Positions 17,331-24,816 of a stretch of 36,449 bases of DNA are shown one piece after another; position 1 is the first letter of the stretch, and each line of letters starts with the position of its first letter. The stretch is from NCBI GenBank assembly GCA_012800565.1, contig JAAZIZ010000364.1, positions 1-36,449 on the forward strand, read 5' to 3'. The notes under the pieces are model-generated. The model worked only from the letters and a program-made list of their open reading frames with translations. It did no database searches and was not told where the DNA came from. The translations under genes and the position numbers were made by a program. The stretch comes from Lentisphaerota bacterium. GTDB lineage: Bacteria > Verrucomicrobiota > Lentisphaeria > Oligosphaerales > Oligosphaeraceae.

Positions 17331-17966
17331 ATGCGTTTGAAGAACAACCCCCGTCTGGCAGCGCTGCTGGCCGCTTCCGAAGAGCGGGCCTGTGGCCGCC
17401 GTCCTCTTGCCGGGACTGCTCATTCGGATTCGCCGAAGCCATCTGCCACTGCCGGCCGGCAGTACCGGATTCTTGGTCTGGACACCGCTTTGCGCAAGAC
17501 TGGCTGGGGAATTATTGATGCCAACGGCAATAATTTTCGGGCAGTTGACTGCGGGGTTATTCTCAATGACCGCAAAGTATCAGTCAGTGACTGCCTGCGC
17601 CGTCTCAATGGAGCCTTGAAAGGGTTGCTCAATAACTATCATCCTGACATTGCGGTTATTGAGGGCGGTTTTTTCTGCAAAAATGCCCGCACTGCGATTA
17701 TTCTGGGCACCGCCCGGGGAGCAGTGCTGGGGGTTTTGGCGGAAGCGCAGATAGATATCTACGAATACGCACCGCGGCGAGTCAAGCAGATGATCTGCGG
17801 CTTCGGCAATGCCAGCAAAGGCCAGGTCGCCTTGCTGGTAGCACAATTTTTGCAGATCAAGGTAGATAATTTATCTGATGACAGCACTGATGCGTTAGCG
17901 TTGGCGCTCTGCCATGCCCAGCTGCTGGGCACGGCTCAGGGCCTCAGTCTGGGCGAGCCACTATAG
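17331..17966 (+). CDS. ruvC: Crossover junction endodeoxyribonuclease RuvC
   Basis: The RuvC core is ILGLDTALRKTGWGII, with VIEGGF and DDSTDALALALCHA supplying the acidic catalytic residues. The first in-frame ATG is at 17331, 1 nt after the kinase stop, which gives an N-terminal extension of about 44 aa. Confidence 0.85.
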   Translation: MRLKNNPRLAALLAASEERACGRRPLAGTAHSDSPKPSATAGRQYRILGLDTALRKTGWGIIDANGNNFRAVDCGVILNDRKVSVSDCLRRLNGALKGLLNNYHPDIAVIEGGFFCKNARTAIILGTARGAVLGVLAEAQIDIYEYAPRRVKQMICGFGNASKGQVALLVAQFLQIKVDNLSDDSTDALALALCHAQLLGTAQGLSLGEPL

Positions 17967-18022
17967 TGCGCGGCCTGGCCAGGCGCAGCGGTCTTGTTCT
18001 ATTCTTTCTCAGTCAAGACTTG

Positions 18023-19198
18023 TCAGGCTTCTCGCTGGAAATCCTCGCTCACCGCCTGGCGGAAAGCCGGATCGGTAAAATAGCGGTAGCCGACCGCGGC
18101 CATCGCGGCGGCGGCCTTGCGCATATTCGTCTGTCCCAGTTCAGAACGGGCCGCCTGGGCGAAAGCCAGAGAATGCCCCGGAATTTCGCTTTCGGAGATG
18201 CTGAAATAGGCATGGATTCCCGGTCTGGTGCGGGAAAAGTTGCCGAAATCAGACGAGCCGCGACCGCTTTTGGCCTTGGTATTCGGGCGCAATCCCATAG
18301 CCTGCGCTGCCGCGATGTATGCATCATTCATGGGCTGGTTCGGTTTGCGGCTTTGATAGGGGATCATTGACGGTTTCACGGTCGCGGTGGTGCCGGTCAT
18401 CAATTCCGCCCCCTTGACGATATCCATAAAGCGGGCAGTCATTTTATTCACCCAGGCTTCATCGGTGGAGCGCAGAAAAAAGCGGCAGTGCGCATAATCG
18501 GGAATGACATTGGGGACCACGCCACCCTTAAGAATGATTCCGTGCACGCGGCTGCTTTCGGGCAGTTGCTGCCTCCAGGCATTGACAGCATTAAAAAGCA
18601 TCAGCACGGCATCCAAAGCATTCAAGCCCAGTTCCGGGCTGCCGGCAGCATGTGCGGCCAGGCCGGCAAATTCGACATCGTAGCGGCAAATTGCCGTTGA
18701 GCCCAAGTCCGGGATGGTCTGCCAGGATGGATGCAGCATCATCACCGCATCGATGTCATCGAGACAGTTCTGTTCCAGCATCTTTACCTTCCCGCCCTTG
18801 GATTCTTCTGCAGGTGTTCCCAGCAGCACCAGCCGGCCAGGAATATTTTCCCGCAGCATCTGTTCTTTCAGGGCGGCGGCGGCGGCCAAAGCGGCAGCTG
18901 CAATCAAATTATGTCCGCAGCCGTGGCCGATTTCCGGCAAGGCGTCATATTCCGCTGCGATAGCGAAAGTTGGCGTACCGCGGCCGTATTCTCCCCGCAG
19001 TGCGGTCGGCAGTCCGCAATATGGTTTTTGCACTGTGAAGCCCTGCTGCTGCAGCATCTCGGCCAATTTAGCAGAGGCTGCGACCTCTTCATAGCCCAGT
19101 TCCGGTTTCTGCCAGATAGCCTCGGAGAGTTCCTGCCAGACCGCGGCGTGTTTCTCAATAAAATCGGCTATACTGGAGAGAGCGGTCGTGGTTTGCAT
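18023..19198 (-). CDS. M20-family amidohydrolase / metallopeptidase (AbgB/HipO-like)
   Basis: The open frame spans 18023..19204. ATG 19198 is preferred because AAGG lies 7 nt upstream. The metal-binding motif is EIGHGCGHNL, and GTPAEE is also present. The gene starts 26 nt downstream of the rnfE stop on the same strand. Confidence 0.8.
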   Translation of the reverse strand: MQTTTALSSIADFIEKHAAVWQELSEAIWQKPELGYEEVAASAKLAEMLQQQGFTVQKPYCGLPTALRGEYGRGTPTFAIAAEYDALPEIGHGCGHNLIAAAALAAAAALKEQMLRENIPGRLVLLGTPAEESKGGKVKMLEQNCLDDIDAVMMLHPSWQTIPDLGSTAICRYDVEFAGLAAHAAGSPELGLNALDAVLMLFNAVNAWRQQLPESSRVHGIILKGGVVPNVIPDYAHCRFFLRSTDEAWVNKMTARFMDIVKGAELMTGTTATVKPSMIPYQSRKPNQPMNDAYIAAAQAMGLRPNTKAKSGRGSSDFGNFSRTRPGIHAYFSISESEIPGHSLAFAQAARSELGQTNMRKAAAAMAAVGYRYFTDPAFRQAVSEDFQREA

Positions 19199-19224
19199 AT
19201 TCACACCTTAATTTGAAATTATGC

Positions 19225-19899
19225 TCATTGCCGGCTGATTTTGCAAATACTGCAGGTACGGCAATTGAGTTCTTCCGGCGGTTCATACGCCCTGCCCTCT
19301 TTGCGGCACTTACGCATTTTCAGCAAATTCATCCCGGCCAAAAAGAATGCCAGCACGATAAATGCCCCGGTAGGCATTTTCAGCAGCAGAATCCCCTGCC
19401 AGTTCGGGATGATCTGCAATTCAAAAATAGTGCCAGCGGCGATCAATTCCCGCACTGCCCCCAGCGCCATCAGAGCCAGGGTGAAGCCGCAACCCATTCC
19501 CAGACCATCCAGGAGCGATAAAAACGGGCCATTTTTGGAGGCAAAAGCCTCGGCCCGGCCCAGGACAATGCAATTGACCACGATCAAGGGTATGAAAATC
19601 CCCAGCATCTGATTCAATTCCGCCGGTGCATAGGCCTGCATCAGCTGCTCAACAATGGTCACAAAGGTAGCGATGATCACAATATAGCAGGGGATGCGGA
19701 CTTGCGCCGGGATGACTTTCCGGCAAAGCGAGATGACTAAATTGCTGCCGGCAAGCACAAAAGTGGTGGCGACGCCCATCCCAAAGGCGTTCTTGGCGCT
19801 GCTGGATACTGCCAGAGTCGGGCACATCCCCAGCATCAGCACCAGCACGGGGTTCTCACGCCAGAGACCATTGCTGAATTTGGAAAATACAGATGACAT
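19225..19899 (-). CDS. rnfE: Rnf electron transport complex subunit E
   Basis: The N-terminus is GLWRENPVLVLMLGMCPTLAV, and IFIPLIVVNCIVLGRAEAFA is also present. The protein is a polytopic membrane protein of 224 aa with a Cys-containing C-terminal tail. Confidence 0.9.
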   Translation of the reverse strand: MSSVFSKFSNGLWRENPVLVLMLGMCPTLAVSSSAKNAFGMGVATTFVLAGSNLVISLCRKVIPAQVRIPCYIVIIATFVTIVEQLMQAYAPAELNQMLGIFIPLIVVNCIVLGRAEAFASKNGPFLSLLDGLGMGCGFTLALMALGAVRELIAAGTIFELQIIPNWQGILLLKMPTGAFIVLAFFLAGMNLLKMRKCRKEGRAYEPPEELNCRTCSICKISRQ

Positions 19900-19931
19900 T
19901 GCAGAGTCCTTAAGATGTTTTCTGAGATGGT

Positions 19932-20561
19932 TTATGGTTGTGCGGACGCTGGCGCCGGGAATTTCTGCTGCCAGGCTGCCGTAACAGCATTAATGGCTGT
20001 CAGCACCGCCTTGCTGGAGATAGTCGCGCCACTGACTGCCAGAACCTGGTTCTCGCCTGAACCGAAAGAAAAAGTTCTGGTTATTTTTTTTCCGGTATAT
20101 GCATCCAGGTATTCATTGGGTGGGAAGTCTTCGACCTTGGCCCGGCCCGTGATGGTATCCCAGAACGACTGCGTGGTTTTACGGTCTGTGACCAAGGTGC
20201 CTATACCTGGTGTCTCAGAATGACTGCTGACGATAACCCCGAGGATTTCACCCGTCGGGTTGATGCCGACCAACACCCGGACTTCGCCGCCGAAGCCTTT
20301 GTTGCTGGCACCCTCTGCGGCATAAGCCAGCAGGCTGCCATCCTGGTCCAAAGCGCGGAAAAATTGCACGCCATTCACCGTATCTTCCTGGTTGATGCTG
20401 TCAGTCTCTGGCGGCAGCACCAATTTTAGGTTGCGGTCGCGCACTGCCTGTTCTGCAGCAATGCGTGGTTCCAGGGTGATTTTATTGACATAGGAAAGTA
20501 ATGCTCCTGCAATGGTGCAGATTATTCCCAGGCTAAGGCAGAGTTTCAGGATATCCTTCAT
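19932..20561 (-). CDS. rnfG: Rnf electron transport complex subunit G (FMN-binding)
   Basis: A single N-terminal transmembrane helix and the covalent-FMN motif SGATISSKAV. The start overlaps the rnfD stop as ATGA. Confidence 0.88.
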   Translation of the reverse strand: MKDILKLCLSLGIICTIAGALLSYVNKITLEPRIAAEQAVRDRNLKLVLPPETDSINQEDTVNGVQFFRALDQDGSLLAYAAEGASNKGFGGEVRVLVGINPTGEILGVIVSSHSETPGIGTLVTDRKTTQSFWDTITGRAKVEDFPPNEYLDAYTGKKITRTFSFGSGENQVLAVSGATISSKAVLTAINAVTAAWQQKFPAPASAQP

Positions 20562-21586
20562 AGTTTCAGGCCTTTCTTTTTCGGGGCACCGAATGGTTTG
20601 CCTGCCGTCATGCGGTCAATCAAGGGTGTCAGTGCGTTCATAATCAGGATCGCAAAACTCACCCCTTCCGGATAGCTGCCCCAGAGCCGGATAACGCAGG
20701 TAATGATGCCGCAGCCGATGGCGAAGACTATGGCTCCAGTACGGCTGACCGGCGAGGTTACCATATCCGTGGCCATAAAGAATGCCCCCAGAAGCAACCC
20801 GCCGCTGAGCAGGTGGTACTGCGGCGGGGCATAGAGGCTGCTGTCGCTCAACCAGGCCAAGCCGGTAAAAACGGCTACTGTCAGGATATAAAAAAACGGT
20901 ATCTGCCAGCGGATTATGTTCAAAGCGATCAGCAATATACCACCGAGAATCAGAGCCAGAGCGCTGATCTCTCCGATGCTGCCGCCATGCTGATTCAAGA
21001 GCAGCCAGTCGCCATAAGACACCTGCGAAAGCATTTCCGACATCGCATTGGTGGCTCCCTCTTGCCCGGCCAGATGAGCGTCGCTGAGCATTTTCAGCGG
21101 GGTTGCGGTAGTATATGCGTCAGGCCCCGTCATCCAAGTGTTCATGGTCTGCGGAAATGCGATCAAGAGCCCGACCCGTCCGACTATAGCCGGGTTAAAA
21201 GGATTGCAGCCGATGCCGCCGAAGACCATCTTGCCCAAACCGATGGCCAGCAGCGCACCGACCAGGCAAATCCAGATCGGTGTACCCGGGGGAAGATTCA
21301 GCCCCAGCAGCAGACCGGTTACCAGTGCGCTGCCGTCATTGATCTCAATGGGGCGTCGCATCAATCGGGCACAAAGCACTTCCACCGCCACGCAGCCGGC
21401 AGTGCAGAAGAAAATCACCTCCAAGGCCGGCAAACCATAGTGCCACACACTGACTGCGGTGACCGGTAGTAACGCAGCTATGACCCACAGCATGATTTTC
21501 GACACTGAGTCAGTGGTATGGAAATGCGGCGAGCTGCTGACAATCAGCCTGCTGGTATCCGGCATTCTAATTTCATTCTCTGACAT
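20558..21586 (-). CDS. rnfD: Rnf electron transport complex subunit D
   Basis: A 342-aa polytopic membrane protein with SSSPHFH near the N-terminus, a TTATPL flavin-attachment-type motif and FFMATDMVTSP. Confidence 0.88.
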   Translation of the reverse strand: MSENEIRMPDTSRLIVSSSPHFHTTDSVSKIMLWVIAALLPVTAVSVWHYGLPALEVIFFCTAGCVAVEVLCARLMRRPIEINDGSALVTGLLLGLNLPPGTPIWICLVGALLAIGLGKMVFGGIGCNPFNPAIVGRVGLLIAFPQTMNTWMTGPDAYTTATPLKMLSDAHLAGQEGATNAMSEMLSQVSYGDWLLLNQHGGSIGEISALALILGGILLIALNIIRWQIPFFYILTVAVFTGLAWLSDSSLYAPPQYHLLSGGLLLGAFFMATDMVTSPVSRTGAIVFAIGCGIITCVIRLWGSYPEGVSFAILIMNALTPLIDRMTAGKPFGAPKKKGLKL

Positions 21587-21654
21587 AATTACGAACCTGG
21601 AAAAAAGATGATTGCTACTGGAGAGTTAGGAGCCGGACAGTTTTGCCCGGTGCC

Positions 21655-23067
21655 TTATTTTTTGCCCGGTGCTGAGGCTGGGCTGTTTTTTGCTTCTTTT
21701 GCGGCTTCTTTTGCTTCTCTTGCTTCCTTGGCAGCCTTGGCGGCTTTGGCGGCCTGATGCAATGCGGTGACATCGGCTTTGGCCCGGCGCATATGCTGCA
21801 CCAATGGCCGGCCCGCCGGGCAGATATACGAACAGCAACCGCATTCCATGCAGTCCATCACATGCCAGCTCTCGGCCAGATCGAAAGACTCATTTTCAAT
21901 TTGGACGCTGAGGATGCCGGGCATCAGCTGCATGGGACAGGTGTCATTGCAGCGACCGCAACGGATGCAGGATTTGCTTTGGTACTGGCTGACTTCGGCA
22001 CCTGACATAAGCAGAATGCCGGAGGTGTTTTTGGTGATCGGGATATCCAAAGAATACACCGCAACACCCATCATCGGGCCGCCTGAAATGATCTTCACCG
22101 GGTCTTCAGTGACCCCGCCGGCCAGGCGGATGGCCTCTGCGTACGGTGTCCCAACCCGGAAACGCCAGTTTCCGGGCGACTGCAGCGGGGTACCGGTTAC
22201 CGTAGTAATGCGTTGGTACAGCGGGGTTCCGTCGATCACTGCCTCAGCAATGGCATAAACGCTGGCGACATTCTGGACCACGCAACCGATGTCCATGGGC
22301 AGGCCACCGGTCGGCACCTTGCGTTTGGTCAAGGTGTAAATCAGCTGTTTTTCCGCACCTTGAGGATAACGCACATCCAAAGCGCAGACCTGAATAGACG
22401 TGTCCTGGGTCTTATTGCGCATCAAGTCCACTGCATCGGATTTATTCTTTTCAATCCCCAAAAGGATGCGTTTCACTCCCAGAATCCTGGCGCAAATCTG
22501 CATACCGGCGATAATCTTGTCTGGACTTTCCAGCATCAGGCGGTGGTCAGCAGTCAGACAAGGTTCACACTCTACACCGTTGATGATCAGCGTATCGATC
22601 TTCTTTTCCGGTGGAGGCGAGAGCTTAATCACGGTCGGGAAAGCCGCTCCGCCCATGCCTACAATGCCGGCATCGCCGATACGACGGAGCAAGTCCGCCG
22701 GAGCGCTGTCCTGCCAATTCGGGATAGGTGCGAGCGGTTCAGCGGGAGTATCCTCGCCATCGCTTTCCAGAATCACTGCCGGCAGCTGGGTGCCCAGCAC
22801 ACCGAGACAGGTGGTGACCTCTTTGATCAGGCCGCTGGTGGGCGCATGAATCGGGGCGGAGACAAAAGCGCTGGCGTCGGCCAGCATCTGCCCGCGCAGA
22901 ACCTTGTTGCCTTTCTGCACCAGCAGCCGGGCCGGTGCACCGATATGCATCTGCAAGGGAATGACATACCGTTCCAGCAACGGAGCAGAAACAATGGCGT
23001 CCTGGCTGGATATTTTCGCTTGCGGAGGATGCACACCGCCATAAAACTGATAAATAATTTCAGGCAT
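21655..23067 (-). CDS. rnfC: Rnf electron transport complex subunit C
   Basis: The start is ATG 23067 (MPEIIYQFYGGVHPP), overlapping the rnfB stop by 8 nt. The longer frame to 23172 lies inside rnfB and is rejected. Motifs are GMGGAAFPT and two 4Fe-4S motifs (CIRCGRCNDTCP and CMECGCCSYICP). The C-terminal tail is Lys/Ala/Glu-rich. Confidence 0.9.
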   Translation of the reverse strand: MPEIIYQFYGGVHPPQAKISSQDAIVSAPLLERYVIPLQMHIGAPARLLVQKGNKVLRGQMLADASAFVSAPIHAPTSGLIKEVTTCLGVLGTQLPAVILESDGEDTPAEPLAPIPNWQDSAPADLLRRIGDAGIVGMGGAAFPTVIKLSPPPEKKIDTLIINGVECEPCLTADHRLMLESPDKIIAGMQICARILGVKRILLGIEKNKSDAVDLMRNKTQDTSIQVCALDVRYPQGAEKQLIYTLTKRKVPTGGLPMDIGCVVQNVASVYAIAEAVIDGTPLYQRITTVTGTPLQSPGNWRFRVGTPYAEAIRLAGGVTEDPVKIISGGPMMGVAVYSLDIPITKNTSGILLMSGAEVSQYQSKSCIRCGRCNDTCPMQLMPGILSVQIENESFDLAESWHVMDCMECGCCSYICPAGRPLVQHMRRAKADVTALHQAAKAAKAAKEAREAKEAAKEAKNSPASAPGKK

Positions 23068-23884
23068 TGATGACCTCATTCTCTGGTCCGGATTGCTCTG
23101 TGCCAGCAATGCTGGCTGACAAGGCGCCAGTGGGACAGCTGGAAGCGATTTCGGCTGACGGCGGATCGCCATAATTGATGACCGCCAGGAAGCCGTTCAT
23201 GCGAATCTGCCCTTCTCCAGCAGCCTTTACGCACTTCTGGCAGCCGATGCAGGCCGCCTTGCACGCCTTGCGCTTGGTCACCCCTTTCTCCGGCGAGCTG
23301 CACAAGACATGCAGAGGTGCAGAGGCCGGCACCAGCTTGATCAATTTTTTAGGACAAGTCTGGACGCATTTACCGCAGCCGACGCACAATTCCGGATGTA
23401 CCACGGCCAAGCGCTTGGAAGTGATTTCGATAGCTCCGTACGGGCAGGCCCGGGCACAGGCCCCCAACCCCAGGCAGCCATAAGTGCAGGTCTTGGCTCC
23501 GGCGGCGACCTGCATCGCATCCCGGCAGTTGTTGATTCCATTATAGAAAGCCTGGCGGGTGGCCATATCATCATCGCCACGGCAGCAGATCACTGCGACT
23601 TTCCGCACCCGAACTTCAGAAGTGACGCCCAGAAGAGCGCTGATTTTCTTCACATTATCTTCCGACATGGCCGGGCACAGGCCAGGTTTAGCCTCCCCCG
23701 ACACCATGGCGTCAGCATATGCCGCGCAACCGGCATAACCGCATCCCCCGCAATTCGCGCCTGGGGTCAAGGCGGCGACTTCCTCCAGCAGGGGGTCGCT
23801 CTGGACGCCAAAAAATTTCACCACCAAGGCGATTGCCAGTCCGGCCAACACGCCTGTACTCAACAGAATTACAACAGCTTGCAT
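23060..23884 (-). CDS. rnfB: Rnf electron transport complex subunit B (polyferredoxin)
   Basis: An N-terminal transmembrane helix, a CGGCGYAGCAAYA cluster motif, and several CxxCxxCxxxCP ferredoxin motifs (CVGCGKCVQTCP, CIGCQKCVKA). Confidence 0.9.
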   Translation of the reverse strand: MQAVVILLSTGVLAGLAIALVVKFFGVQSDPLLEEVAALTPGANCGGCGYAGCAAYADAMVSGEAKPGLCPAMSEDNVKKISALLGVTSEVRVRKVAVICCRGDDDMATRQAFYNGINNCRDAMQVAAGAKTCTYGCLGLGACARACPYGAIEITSKRLAVVHPELCVGCGKCVQTCPKKLIKLVPASAPLHVLCSSPEKGVTKRKACKAACIGCQKCVKAAGEGQIRMNGFLAVINYGDPPSAEIASSCPTGALSASIAGTEQSGPENEVINA

Positions 23885-23933
23885 ATTTTTTCTCAGATTC
23901 TGCCCAGGTCGGATAGCGGCCCGGGAATGGTTA

Positions 23934-24512
23934 TCATTGGCCGAGGCCGGCGAATCCCAGGAAAGCCATAGCCAGCAGTCCGGCGGTGATCAAAGCCAGC
24001 GGTGTACCTTCCAGGCATTTCGGGGCTTTGGCCAGAGCCAGTTTTTCCCGCATGCTGGAGAACAGCAGCAGCGCCAGTGCGAATCCCACTGCGGATGAAG
24101 TGCAGAAGACGGTACTGCGGACGACGCTGAAGCGCTCCTCCGAGCAGATGATTGCTGATCCAAGCACGGCGCAGTTGGTGGTAATCAAGGGCAGATAAAT
24201 CCCCAGAGCTTTGTACAAGGTTTCGCTGAAGCGTTGCAGTAGTACCTCGACTATCTGCACCAGCCCGGCGATGACCAGAATAAAGACGATGGTCTTCAGG
24301 TACTCAACCTGATATGGAATCAGAATAAACTGGTGGACACAGGCGGTAGCAAATCCGGACAAGGCCATCACAAAAATCACTGCCCCGCCCATGCCCAGGG
24401 CCGTCTTGGTATTTTTGGAAACCCCCAGGAAAGGACATATACCCAGAATCCTGCTCAGGACAAAATTGTTGACCAGGATGGCTCCGACAATCAGACTGAA
24501 ATAATCACCCAC
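23934..24512 (-). CDS. rnfA: Rnf electron transport complex subunit A
   Basis: A GTG start at 24512 with AAAGGAG 8 nt upstream. Motifs are ILVNNFVLSRILGICPFLGVS and IYLPLITTNCAVLG. The product is 192 aa. Confidence 0.9.
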   Translation of the reverse strand: MGDYFSLIVGAILVNNFVLSRILGICPFLGVSKNTKTALGMGGAVIFVMALSGFATACVHQFILIPYQVEYLKTIVFILVIAGLVQIVEVLLQRFSETLYKALGIYLPLITTNCAVLGSAIICSEERFSVVRSTVFCTSSAVGFALALLLFSSMREKLALAKAPKCLEGTPLALITAGLLAMAFLGFAGLGQ

Positions 24513-24816
24513 GACTCCAACTCCTTTGCTGAACTGGGGCAGTACTGCCGCTCAAGGGTCACAGTGATATCATGGAAGACTTTTCTCCAGCGGCAAAATA
24601 AATCCTCCACAGCACTGGAAATCATCTGTACCGGGGCAGTTACGGCAACCTGGACAACCATCATCCTCCGGGCACGCCATTTGCGCCGAAGATAGCAGAA
24701 ATGCCCTGAAATTCGCGCAACCAAAACAGAGAAATACTGTATTGGTCAAATCCAGGAATGCAAGTGCATATTGCGCTTAATTCACAAAAAAAAGCATACT
24801 GGCCCGGGCCCCAAAA

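Noticed and set aside
22213-23070. 285-aa plus-strand ORF (also 20813-21469, 23309-23971 and 24907-25560 on the plus strand)
   Set aside because: These are antisense shadows within rnfC, rnfD, rnfB and fkp. The sense frames carry unambiguous motifs.
24491-24724. 77-aa minus-strand ORF overlapping the rnfA start
   Set aside because: It reads into rnfA out of frame, is Arg-rich and has no SD. The separate 36-codon Cys-rich frame in the same region is reported as a low-confidence finding instead.
24786-24813. GGCCCGGGCC palindrome followed (on the minus strand) by T8 just after the fkp stop, as a possible terminator
   Set aside because: The palindrome leaves no room for a loop, so only a 3-bp stem with a 4-nt loop could form. 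That is too weak to call, although the T-run may still contribute to termination.
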